Source: Chrysomallon squamiferum (lineage: Eukaryota > Animalia > Mollusca). Taken from it: a stretch of 64,000 nt of DNA. This document shows positions 28,117-40,891 of the stretch, piece by piece (position 1 is the first letter of the stretch; each line of letters starts with the position of its first letter). A program made the translations under genes and the position numbers. Below the pieces are notes generated by a model. That model was given only the letters and a program-made list of their open reading frames with translations, was not told the DNA's origin and made no database searches. The DNA lies in NCBI GenBank assembly GCA_012295275.1, contig CM022673.1, positions 10,726,001-10,790,000 of the forward strand. The letters run 5' to 3'.

Positions 28117-28692
28117 AACTTTCCCGGGCACCACCCCCTCCCCTCCATACATTTTTTTATATATACTTTCTCCGCCCCTTTGTGCGGTTAGTCCGAGGCA
28201 GAACTAAGCGAGTTAAACGTGTCTATATAACTTAGAGTCGTCTCTTCATGTCAGTAGTTTATGATTTTATTATCAGATCAACTGATACGTGTCAAGTTTC
28301 TTTGTTCACTGGTAATGTTAGTTATTAAAGTATACGGTATCACCCTAACCATGACCCAGACTACCAAACCAGTGCGATATCACCTTCTGGGTCAACCAGC
28401 CATCCATTTATTAATTTCCAATATTATTTAGTACGGCGCTGGCCTTCTTAATGGAGCAGGTTAATCAAACAGGTTTGTTTAAAACGGTTAATGGACGAGT
28501 GTATTGGACCCCCTATCGTTTTTTTTATTGTTTATAGTTTGAAAGAAAAAAAAAAACAAACAAACGCGTAGGCAAATAAAAAGGTGGGACAAATAGTCGC
28601 GTTACTTCGTCGTTTCTTGGTTACCCCACATAATCTTATTTGCGTTGTTATAAACATAGCAAACAAAATCGACCCTTTTAATTGTTATTAAC

Positions 28693-28784
<92 letters not shown>

Positions 28785-29883
28785 CCATCCTGGAACTATT
28801 TGCTCGACACATCATGCATAGCCGTATATACACACACAAACACACACACACACATTCATACATACATACAAACATACATACATACATAAAAAACATACAT
28901 ACATAAAAAATATTCATACATACATACATACAAATATACATACATACATACATTGACAGACATGCAGACATGCATATATACACACTCACGTACTCATATA
29001 CACACATACGTACATACACATATGTATACGTACGTACGTACGTAGGAACATATATACATTCATACATACTTACTCACAAACACACATCTATAGAATTAAT
29101 ACCCAGGTGTACAAATAAACCCTATGCGCGTTTTTTTGACTTTACACTGAGCTGGGGCACACTTTGTAACACGTTCTTTGAACGGAGCTGTGACGTAACG
29201 GAGATATTTTCTACACAGTCTGTTATGCCTTTAATCACGCGTAATGCGGCGACTTAAATGTTTGTAATACTTATCAGTGACGTCAGATTAAGTTAATCGG
29301 GTTGTAATATATTAGCTGTCAATAACATGTATGAAAGAGTTTATTTCAAAAAACTAGCTAGACTAGCGCAGACAGAACATTTCAATGGTTGTCCAGAACA
29401 ACATCTGTATGGCAGACAGATTAATGGCGCTTTTCTTCTGGGTTTTTGCATGTATGCAGTTTCTTGTGTTTGTTTTCAAGTTTACGATTTAAAAAAAAAA
29501 AAAAAAATAAGAAGAAAGAAAGAAAGAAAAAAAGAAAGAAGGAAAGAACTAAAGAAAAGAAAACATGTTCACTCAAATTTATTATTTCATACATCTATTA
29601 TTTGTCTACATATCTGTTTTATCCGTTCCATGTAATAGCCATGTTCGTACCTACTTTAGACACACACACACAAACACACACACATATGCACACACACACA
29701 CACATGCACACACCCAAAGTGTTTGAGTGTGTCTGTCTGTTGAGGCAAAAAATATAATATAATAAAAAAAAAAAATAATAATAAGCCTCAAAACAAAATG
29801 ACTGCAAATTGCTGTTGTTCATTCTAATTACAAAATAAATAAATAAATAAATAAAATAAAATAAATAAAATAAAATTACAAAA

Positions 29884-29918
<35 letters not shown>

Positions 29919-30951
29919 AATAAATATATGCTGTATAGATAGCGGCTTTTGTCTCTTAAAAAATGATTTCTGTTACTTTTAAACAAAAATTCCAGGCACT
30001 GATAACAGAAGTGCTGAGTCAGATTCAAATGCTCTTACGGGCGACACTTTGCTAACTATAAAGTCGATGTTTGTCATTTAGTTCAGTGAAGAGTTAAAAT
30101 TAGCGATATTAAGTGGGGATTTAGAAACGTAAACACAGCTCGCTTCTTACTCTGCACTGGAAACACGCTTGATACTGATACATATTTCTACCCTTACTTC
30201 TATTACTAAAGACTGGGATAAGACCGCCACAGTTAAATCTGTTACGATTTCCACCAATACTACAACCTCACAGTTACTATTACTATTGATACAACATCAT
30301 GTACAACCACTACTAACACACCATTCACAACTACTGCAAAAAATGTACAAATAATACAACCATTTCTACGATTACTACTATCACTACTACTGTTACTACT
30401 AATCCCACTTCTGCTGCTATTACTGTTCTGCTATTCTTACTATTACTGCCTTAAAATGTACAAATAACGCAATTACATCTACTGCTATTATTTCTACTAT
30501 TCCTGTACTGCTGTTCTTAAAATGTAAAAATAACTCAAATACATCAACTACTATGATTACTACTATTACTGGCACTGCTACTACTATGATTACTACTGGT
30601 ACTGCTACTACTGCTACGTACTGTTATTTGTACTAATACAGCTATCATTACACTCACCATCATTATTGCCATTACTATCACTGCAGCTGCTGAATATACA
30701 GTACGTACATACGTGCATACGTACATAAACACCAATAAACATAAGTACAGCACTAACATAATAAATCTATACTTACTGCAGCAATATAATTTAATGAAAT
30801 TTTAACTTTTTCATTTCTAGTAAATTACCATTATATCAAGATTTACAGCATAGCTGTAATTAAAAGAAATGACATTTTCTAATGAATCAGGTGAAATACT
30901 ACTGGTGTTAAATGTCAGTGGAAAATTAATTGCTTGGATTTCTGTATTTAT

Positions 30952-30952
<1 letters not shown>

Positions 30953-31026
<74 letters not shown>

Positions 31027-31030
31027 AAAC
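30953..31030 (+). promoter_or_regulatory. (CA)n tract followed by a candidate TATA box of Hint gene copy A
   Basis: (CA)n at 30953-31018, then TATATAAAA at 31021-31029, about 45 bp before the ATG at 31073. Confidence 0.4.
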
Positions 31031-31072
31031 CTGCATGATTTTGTCACGAATATTAAATTCGAAAGCTCCATC

Positions 31073-34000
31073 ATGTCTCTGATAACCAGGATATCTGTCA
31101 CACAGAAGGTGTATTGGAAGATGGAAGGAACGGATGCTATGGTACAAGATGTCCGGTACTCTCCGGTCACAAACAGCGTGGGTTGTTTTATAAAAGGAAC
31201 GACTGTCCTGAAAGGCAGTTACGAAGGAATGGACATTTGTTCCGTCAGTCCCGAAACCGTGTATCTTGGAGGCGAGGGTAAGAACGGGAAAACCTCAAAA
31301 GAACGTGTTCAGTATGAGGTAAAATCGGACAAGTTAATCTACGGTTTCAATGGAGAAAAACCGTTTTTCACAGCCGATCATCCTTTTGCAACACAGGACG
31401 GCTGGCGCGCTCTAGATCCAATGGCAGCCAAAAGAATCAGTCCGTGGCTGGAGATAGGACCTCTGCAAGTTGGGGATTATCTCAAGAGATTGTCCCCGGT
31501 AATGGGTCCGCGTGGTTTCATGTACAAACCGGAAAAGATAGAGAACATGACTGTGGACACTCTTGAAGCTGGCAACTCTCTGTATGGACTTCATACTCAC
31601 GAAGGGCCGAGGTCATATCACGCCAATGGGTATTTAGTTCATTTGAATTATCCTGAAATTTCGTCGAATATGCTTCTACAGTGCTTAGCTGAGAATTCCT
31701 CATCCGAATCAGAATCTATTATCAAATATGTGCTGGACCCTCTGATCAACGATATGCATGGTGAGCAGGGAGAAGTGTTTCTGCAAAACATAAAGAACGG
31801 TCTACAGCAGCCAGAAAGGTATCATCCCAAAACTCACCTTCCTTTGGATGAGGTTACACTGATTAACATGCCTCTGATTTACGAATTTGGAAAGGGAGGG
31901 GACTACATGCATCCAAGAAGTTTGTCCATATACAGAGGCAAGATATTTCTCGATGATGAATTTGTTCCGTCTAAACAAATTAACGATAATCAAATCTGCT
32001 GGACAAGATATGTATACGGGGTCGCTCAACATGGAAATGTTCATCTAGATCCTGACAGAATGACTGGATACGGACGTCTCAGCGGCGATGGATATTTTTC
32101 AGATCGAGGAGTACCCCATGTGAAGTTTTCCACAAGGTTGCCACTGAACGAATATAATTGTCAGGTAGGAGTCTCCCCTCTTGGGAATGGCGGATTTGAA
32201 ATGAAACCATGGGGATCTGTACTGATGGGTTTTGAAGAAAATTTAGTAACAGGACACATGCAGAAAATTGGCAAAGTCGTGATGCCGCCTATGATTACAG
32301 AGGCAGACGACTTAAACCACGGAGTCGTATATACTATAGATGAGAAAACCCAAGGACTGAGAGTGGTAGTAAATGTTCCTATAGAGTATTGTGCAATCGA
32401 AGGCGGTCCGGAATACATGCGTATGGAAGGATTATTCAACTGGGACTTTTCATCACTGCATGGCACAGCAATCAAATATGACGCAAATGCTCAAGGCTTC
32501 GAAGGCGAAACATTTAAATGGACAGGACAACTCCAACACAACGACGCAGCTCAAAGAAGGATACTGCAATTTCGGACTGCATTTATTCTCCTACAGAAAT
32601 CAAACTCATCATCGACGTCCGACATGAATTCAACTGAAATAATGGACCACCGAAAGTCTCTCGATCTTGCCAATGCTACGAGAACTGAAGATCTTAACTT
32701 AGAAGAACTCTTTACCTTAGTAGCACCGCCTCAGTCAACGGTTCATCAGCTGTCCTTTGACCTCATCAAGAACATGATGACACACGAGTTAAAAGAGGAA
32801 TGGCGTGAGGGTATTCTTGGTATTACAAAACCGGATATCGGAAATCTGGAACAATTTGCATTAAAGAATTCTGATTTCCTTGCGAACACATTCGGTGCAG
32901 GATACATAGGCAGCGCTCTGTCGACCAGTCCTTTTTATGAAAACAAATTCACTGAAGACGATAAAAACAAACTGTTGTATTTTTGGTCTGGAGATAGCAA
33001 CAGCAGTTTGTCTCGGAGCAAGGACTATTCAAATATAAATACTGTGGTATCTGTGCGTGCCTATCTAGATGTATGTCCTAATTTGAAGAAATATGCGAAA
33101 GATAACCCTAAAGAATGGGCGAGGAGACTGTTTGAAAAATTTGAAGAGCCGGAGGTAATGAATATGTTCATTCTGAATTTAGATGCGGCTCAGTCGAATG
33201 CTCTGCTACAAAAACAGTGCATGGTACTTCAGTGCCTTGCTCCGGATGTTAATTATGGAGCTAAACTTCACAAAAACGTCATGATCCAGAGGCTGAATAA
33301 CATAGGCAAGAAGTACAAGGGTTCGCAAGATGACTGGGAGATTATGAAAGAATTCATGTACGATGCGTTTGGTCAGTTAATCACTCGTATCGTCAACGGC
33401 ACTGATGGTCTGGACAAGCTCACTTCAAAAAACTGCAACAACTGATAGCGGACAGCAAAGACGAAGTCAAATTCATTACTAATGTCGATTACATGTCTTT
33501 TATGCAAAATCTGATGACCCAAGGGATATCTCTTTGGGCCAAGGAGCCAGGTTTGATAATGGACAGATTAGGTAAAGTTTTCAAGAAAATGACGAGTAAA
33601 ATGCCTTCCAACAGCGCAGTCGGAAAGGTTCTTAGCGCTGTAACTTCTATAGCAATGTGGGCGTTCATGGGATACAGTGTTATTAGCCAGTTCATGAACT
33701 GGTCTAATTTGTCCGCGGAACAGAAGGTATCAGCAGTTACGAATGCCGTTAGCTTTGCATTTGGAACTCTGGGAAAGCTTCCCGATATGGTAGAAACGAT
33801 GACAAACCTAAAAGAATATGCTGGAACCTTTAAATTTGCTAAAAGGTGGTCGAAGATGACCAACAGTAAATTCTCGAAAATCAAGGAACAGGAACTTATG
33901 GACGATATGATCAAAAACGTGGAAGGAGTTCCCACCACTGACGATGTTGAAATTCTCGAATCTGAGCAAGCTGTTCAAAATGGAAGCACTCCTGTAAGGG

Positions 34001-34438
34001 AACAGAAAATGACTAAAAGGTATTTCTCTTTGTTAAATCTACCGTTTGTTAGCGTCAGCATTATTTCTAAACATAAAACCAGTAAAAAGTATTTTTGTTA
34101 AAACCTACTATTTTTCAATAATGTGTCTAAATAGAAAACGACAAATAGGTATTTTTGTTAAAACCTATGATTTTTCAATAATATATCTAAATAGAAAGTA
34201 ACTAAAACGTATTTTTATTTAAACCTACTATTTTTCAGTAGTGTCTAAATAGAAAATGACAAATAGGTATTTTTGTTAAATAAATCTACGATTTTACAGT
34301 GCCAGCATTTACTTTTAAAACTTAAGACGTTTCTGAAAGGAAAATTTAATCGTCTAAATTAATGGTTAATTTGTTAGCATTTTAATTTTTATCGTTATGA
34401 TTAAGGTAATCCATATAGGATGTTAGAAACGCGTTTCG

Positions 34439-34469
<31 letters not shown>

Positions 34470-35487
34470 GTATGTATGTGGTGTGTGTGTGTGTGTGTGT
34501 GCGTGCGTGCGTGCGTGTCTGTGTGTCTGTGTGGGTGTGTGTGTGTGTTTTACAGTATTATAAAAAAACAAAAATTGCTTGCAATTAAAACTAGCCATTA
34601 CTATTTTTACAATTTTAAATATATGCTGAGAGCATTTCATTTCTAACCTTTATTTTCGTTAACGTGAATATTAGAATGACGAAATTTTACAACGTAACCA
34701 CCAAAGCGATCAAGCTATTTAACATTGCCGCTCTGGGGGCCGCGACGGTTGCTATGGGATTTCAGATAGCTCGTGACTTTGAAGAAAATCAGAAGACGTC
34801 TGTCAAAGTACTGGATATTTGTCAGGTTTGTAAATTAGTAGGGACTTAATCGGAGTGTGTGTTTTGGAAATACCGATAACCGGAGGGTAACCTTTTTCTT
34901 ATTTCTTTTGCACATATAAATATAAATGCAGATATAATTGCATACAATTTGCTGTCAACGAGAACTTTGTACATATTTACAATTTATATCTATTATTGCT
35001 AACAAAAACAAAAACAAAACGAAAAATGAAAAGAATAAAATAGAAAAATAACATCAGTAACCAAAAATCTCCAACAACTCCCCCAAAAGAAACAACAATA
35101 AACAAAAAAACAACAATAATAAAAAGTACAGTAATAATGATAAAACAAATTACAGTATGCTGTATCACTACTGTTTTTACAAAGGCCGTGAAATGTATTA
35201 TCCTGTCTATGGGATTGTGTAATATAAAACATCTGTTTCTGCTAGCCGGAAAAAATAACTGTTAGTTTTTGTTTTGTTTTTTTCTCTCTCTTTTTATCTG
35301 AGGATCCTTAAGCATATATTTTACGCAACGTAACCGTAATTAAAAGCATTTTCAGTCGGTTAGTGATTAATAATGAATTGAGTGGCTCGTTAAATAAAAC
35401 ATTTCCTTCCTTCCTTCCTTCCTCTGAACCATCAATATCACGCATGGATTGAAAAATGTTAGTTCAGGTTTACGTTATGCAGTTTTT

Positions 35488-35579
<92 letters not shown>

Positions 35580-35888
35580 CAGGCTGCTGTTCTTGGCTTA
35601 CAGGTTACAGTTGAAACCCTTGCAATGGTTTTCTCCAACGCTGTACTTTCAAGCATGGGCTCCGTCCTCGCCATCGTAGGCATCATTGTCGCCATCGTCC
35701 TGATGGTCGTAGGCAGAGATCCAGTGAGGACGAAAAACCAGGGAGACAACTTTATAGACACCGATTTTAAAACCTTTCTTGCAAAGATTCCCAAACCACC
35801 AGTGAAATGGCTTAACGATTTTCACAAAAATAACGAAGATAAAGATGATACAAAAAATACTATAATTCATTTTAATATATATATATAA
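31073..35888 (+). CDS. Hint-domain protein with hydrophobic C-terminus, copy A (3 exons, ~1,134 aa if the frameshift at 33427-33433 is bypassed; otherwise truncated or a pseudogene)
   Basis: Exons 31073-34019, 34675-34825, 35583-35888 (GT-AG, phases 2 and 0). Collinear with copy B over the whole length. The frame breaks in an A6 run, and one extra A restores SKKLQQLIADSKDE, aligning with copy B SKQLQKLIRESQKE. Confidence 0.82.
31184..31648 (+). other. Hint (Hedgehog/intein) domain of copy A, 155 aa
   Basis: Block A G|CFIKGTTV, block B FTADHPF (TxxH), L.VGD.L motif, block F/G LYGLHT...SYHANGYLVHLN. Confidence 0.88.
34005..34300 (+). repeat. ~60-bp tandem repeat (4-5 copies) spanning the exon 1 donor of copy A
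   Basis: gaaaatgactaaaag|gtatttc..ttgttaaatctac is echoed as gaaaacgacaaataggtatttttgttaaaacctat, gaaagtaactaaaacgtattttt and gaaaatgacaaataggtatttttgttaaa. Confidence 0.8.
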
Positions 35889-36708
35889 TTCGTATTTCTC
35901 ATGCAGTAAAATACATGAATATATATATATATACACACCCTGAATATTAACTACGGTACATATACACTGTTTATTGTCTGATATATAATGCACTCTGTAG
36001 TAACAACAATAAATATTTTGTAATAAGTGTGGTATATGCTCTATGTTAACTATAGTATTATCTAAAATGTCTACACCTTATATTAAATGTATGTATCTAT
36101 GATAAATATGAATTGAAATATCAAATAAATATTGTATACATTACAATAATCTATAAACGAATAGTGTATATTTACTATTAATTTATACATACACAGTAAA
36201 CTGTTTTTTTTAGTGTGGTTATGTATTAGTGGAAGTAATAGTTATTTGTTTGTGTTTGTCAAAGTTGCAGAATAAAACCATTTTCGGTTTTCACTTGTTA
36301 GTGTTGACATTGAAAAAGCAGAAGCAACAAAAACAATATCAACTGTAACAACAATAATATAAAAAATATATAAAAAAAACCTTAATAAAACAAGAGAAAA
36401 AACAATAAAAATCTCAAACAATATAAATAAAAGACACCTTCCCCCCAAAAAAAAAAAAAAAATTAATAACAGTATGAAACAAAGGAAATCAAATAAAATT
36501 GAAGATAATTTTTTAAGAAAAAACTCGAAAAACAAATTATAAATAAATAAATAAATAAATGAAAAAAACGAAACCCAAATTTAGAAAAGGCATAAAACAA
36601 ATAAATTTAAAAACAAAATGAAAGCAAATGAAATAAAGAATTTAAATAATTAAGCAGTAAAATAAATTTAAAAACATATAATAAAATAAATAAAAAAAAA
36701 TTATACAA

Positions 36709-36747
<39 letters not shown>

Positions 36748-37261
36748 TAAAAATAAACACCAAATCAAAAGATGTGAATAATAACAGAATAACATAAAAA
36801 ATAAATAAAATGAAATTACAAACAAATAAAAACAGTAACAATCTCGAATTCTTTAAAAGAGTGACACAGGAAATAACTGAGAGTTTATTTACTGACAAAT
36901 GAATTCTGCATAATAATGACCGACACGAGTTGACAAGGGAGATAATTTGAATGGATTCCGTATGCAAAAAAAAAGAAGAAAAAAAAGGTTACTACGCAAG
37001 GATGTAAATAAATTAAAAGGAAAATTAAAAGTAGAAAAAAAAAAAAAAAAATATTAAAAAATAAAACAAAAACAATGGAAAAAAGAAAAACAATAAAAAT
37101 TATAAATAAATAAATAAAACAAAACAAAACAAAATAAAATATTCGAAAGTGAAAAAAGAAAATAATAAGAATAATAAGTAAATAAAAAATTAAAGAAGAA
37201 AATTAATAAAAAAGAAAATACAAACAGAAAATAAATTAAAGAAAAACGACCTTCTCAAAAA

Positions 37262-37696
37262 AATTGTTTAACAACACCGCAGCACAAAAAAAAAAAAAAA
37301 AAAAAAAAAAAACCAACAACAAATAGGCTACTGTGTTATTTAAAGGTAAATAAAACAATTATTTAAAAGTCAGTGCTAATATCTTACATGTGTCTCTGTG
37401 TGTGCGCACGCTATGCAGTATGTTGAAAACAAAACTAATTATCACCGATACTTTTTACAAATTTCTTATAAAAACCATTAAGTTTAAAAAAAAAAAAAAT
37501 AATAATATCCTCACATCCTCATTACAAAATAAACTGAAAGTAACTGGTGTCAGGTCCGGACAGTCTATCAAAATGTGATGCACTGTCAACAACAGACACT
37601 AACACTTTTTTCAAAATAAAAGTATGTGTAAAATAAGTGTGACCAATACAGGATATGACAACTTCATCCTTCCTTGATCGTCTGTAGGAAGAGAGC
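37262..37696 (-). mobile_element. 3' fragment of a non-LTR retrotransposon (same family as the adjacent plus-strand copy)
   Basis: Minus strand encodes SSYRRSRKDEVVISCIGHTYFTHTFILKK, homologous to 38720-38820. The reverse complement of the family 3' tail (cagtagcc...tgtgctg.ggtgt.gttaaa) is at 37266-37335. Confidence 0.75.
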
Positions 37697-39140
37697 CTGA
37701 TCCCACACACAACCAGAGACTTAGGCTCTGGCTTGGTGCATTTAAAAACATCTCCTGTGAACAGCTTGTACGTTGACGCAAACGAACCTTGTTTTGGATG
37801 CTAGACGTGCAAAGCTATCTCTGCAGTAAAACTTTACTAAAACATCCTGCACACGACACGGTATTTGACAGTATTTGAGGTTGTCTGATGCAAGGCCGAA
37901 TGCCTGTTAAAACATTTGGTCTTCGCATCAGGCTGTTTGTTCATTGCCCTCAACACTGATTTTTCAGACATCTTGGAAACACCTACGTATTTTTGTTCTT
38001 CCACTATGGTGTGTTAAATCACCAAACGTTATGCTGGATCTTATACATCTTATAAATAATACACAGATTTTATTATTTATCATCAATTTTTCATGGAAAT
38101 AAATAAATAAAAAAAAAGATTCCGTGAATTTATCCCTGTTTATACGGATGGATCGCGGGATGTGAATTCTGTGGCTTGTGCAGCAGTTTTTTCCATCGGA
38201 TATATCGTTTTCCATGAGGTTGATTGATTCGGCATCAGTTTTCACTGCTGAAGTTCAGACAATCCTAAAAGTCTTGGAAAAAATTAAACGTTCCTTTGCA
38301 TCCAAATACATTATTTTCACACTCACTTTCATGTTTTCATGCTGTACAGCACATGACGCTGGCGTATATCCCTTCTTGATTGCGATATATTTTTTTGTGC
38401 TGGATTGTCTTTAAATATTCATTCATTCATTCATTCATTCATTCATTCATTCCTTGATCTCGACAGTTACACGAAAGTGTATCTTGCAATCTCATGTCAA
38501 TACAAATATTTTTTGCTGGGTATCCAGCCATGTTGGCATCGCTGGCAATGAAAAGGAAGACACTGCTGCCAAGTTTGCTTTAGGTTTGCCTTGAGTCGAG
38601 CTTGGTGTGCCTTACAACTATTTTAAACATACAATTCACCAATATATATATTTTTCTATTTGGCACGGTGCGATCGCGAACAAACTTCATTCTGTGAAGC
38701 CAGTCCCGGGAGAGTGGCAGTCCTCCTACAGGCGATGCAGGAACGATGAGATAGACTTGTGTTGTGCTCGCATCGGTCATACTTGTTTTTATCCCATTCA
38801 TTTATGCTTAAGAAGGATTGTCCACCTCAGTGTGAACACTGTCAGTGTCCTCTGACAGTGCGCTACATTCTGGTGGAGTGCGATCATCTTTGGCAGATAC
38901 AGAGGGATGTATTTAGTTAAATAGGTGTGAAGGAATCATTTGAATTTCATCCTGAACTTGTTTCAAAATTTCTGAGAGTTAGAGAATTTTACCATAAATC
39001 TAAATTTTACTATAGTGTGACACTTTTTGCACAGCTCTTGTCAACTATGTTTTGCTTAGTTTTAATTTTTAACATTTGTATAGAAAATATTCACCATTTT
39101 GGTATATTTATTTTTGTTTTGACACCCAGTAGCCGACATA

Positions 39141-39172
<32 letters not shown>

Positions 39173-39214
39173 TTGTGCCTGGGTTGTCGTTAAACATTAA
39201 TTCATTCATTCATT
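37697..39214 (+). mobile_element. Decayed 5'-truncated LINE (I/Nimb-like clade) with RNase H and a C-terminal zinc knuckle
   Basis: Frameshifted remnants: DPTHNQ.LRL.LGAFKTSPVNSLYVDANEP; RNase H YTDGS...SASVFTAE...WVSSHVGIAGNE..DTAAK; RIGHT...PPQCEHCQCPLTV.YILVEC. Ends in GTCGTTAAACATTAA(TTCA)n. Confidence 0.88.
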
Positions 39215-40795
39215 ATAATACCAAACCATAAATCCACTCCTGCTTTCACATTCGCATGCACGCCCGCTCTCTAACACGCACACACACACACAAATATAAG
39301 CGCACTCTTTCATACACACTCTTGTATGTTCAACATTAGCAGACATTTCAAATAAAACATAATATTATATAGTATACGAGTCTAAGAAACGTAAAGTACA
39401 GAGATAGAAAGAAAGAAAGAAAGAAAGAAAGAAAAAGACACGCAATTAAGAGTTTATAATTCTATGTTTTAATGAAAATGTTTAATATTACACGCACGCA
39501 TACACGCACACTCCCACTCCCTTACGCACATGCTTCGTCCCGCACAAACACACAGACGTCTTCCATTATTTCTTTATTAGAAGCGTTTCGAGAAAATACG
39601 CTTGTCGAAGAATATTATTTTGATTTTAAATCTTATAATACAGTATAACTGTCTGTCAGAACCAGTTTTTTTCATTTGTTATTTCAAGTATATAAAGCAT
39701 ATGTTTAACTTACAGAGGTTTTCTCTTATTCAAAGTATAATCCCGGGGTGAAATACTCTGGCTAGAGGAGATTTTATATAAGTATTTATATATATTACTT
39801 CTAATTTAGTAATCAGAACTTATGAATATGTTAATTTAAAATAGTTAATATATAAAATATAAAACTAAACATTTGTTTGTATGTTCATTTTATTTCTAAT
39901 AAATCCAATATTTCTTTAAAGCGGTATAAAACGAAGATCGTCGAATGTCGATGAATATGTTATTTTACATAAAATGTCATAAGAACCTGAGAGACAGGTT
40001 TCAAAATACACGGTGGAAAGTTGCTGAAATGTTCCTGTTTGCGTACCACATGACTATTTTCTGCAGCTAGAACTTGTGCCCGTAATTTTTGTTTACGTTT
40101 AGTAAATTTAGGCTGCATTCCAAATTGAAATGCTAAATCTTTTGTCAGTTCTGTGAAAAACAATTTACTAACACTGATAATTAGGTTTCACTAAGCTATT
40201 TATGATAGCATGTGAACAATTAAATATATTTAATTAACTGACAAAATAATACGATAAACAGAACTTCGCGACATAGCTGTAATGAGTAATTGTGAATACT
40301 AATTGTTCTGAATATTTACGATGTTGTCTGTGGCTGATCTGTGACACTCTATCGTTTGTGATGGATATAAAACAGAAGTAAACCTGCGTCTGGTTTTGGA
40401 AAGATAATAAACAAAAACATCGACAACAGTAAGAATTGTGAGAAAAATAGGCTTAATGATTAAACAAGAAAAACATCAAAATCAGCACACAACAAGGAGA
40501 AAGGTAGAAGCAGCAGCAGCAACAACAACAACAACAATAATAATAATGGTGCTGATGATAACGATGTTCATAATAACAACAACAACAACAACAACAACAT
40601 TAAATAAAAAATAAAATAATAAAAATAAAATTATAGAAAATAACAGTTGTCATTATATCAAATACATGTTCACTTGAATGAGAAGTACAATTAAATACTA
40701 AACGATCACAGCGTAATAACTAATGTCACTAAATCAGCTGAATATCGTTAAAAATGCCAGAAGCTAATTTATCATAAAGTGCACCTGCCTCTACA

Positions 40796-40802
40796 TATAA
40801 AG
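40796..40802 (+). promoter_or_regulatory. Candidate TATA box of Hint gene copy B
   Basis: TATAAAG about 90 bp upstream of an ATG in a strong context (ccaaaATGG). Confidence 0.4.
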
Positions 40803-40891
40803 CGCAAAATGCAGGCTTAGACGCGAGAATCTGCAAATAAAGAATCTGGTGTCAGTAATCAGTTTGAATTCGGCTTGTGAAATAATCCAAA

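Noticed and set aside
31184-31648. A true self-splicing intein or a Hedgehog gene
   Set aside because: No terminal His-Asn followed by Cys/Ser/Thr, no homing endonuclease, no Hedge signalling domain or signal peptide, and the Hint domain is N-terminal.
33493-34101. The 202-aa ORF (and ORFs 34664-34849, 35625-35888, 44191-44409, 46408-46866) as separate genes
   Set aside because: They are the post-frameshift part and the downstream exons of the two Hint genes, as shown by collinearity and splice sites.
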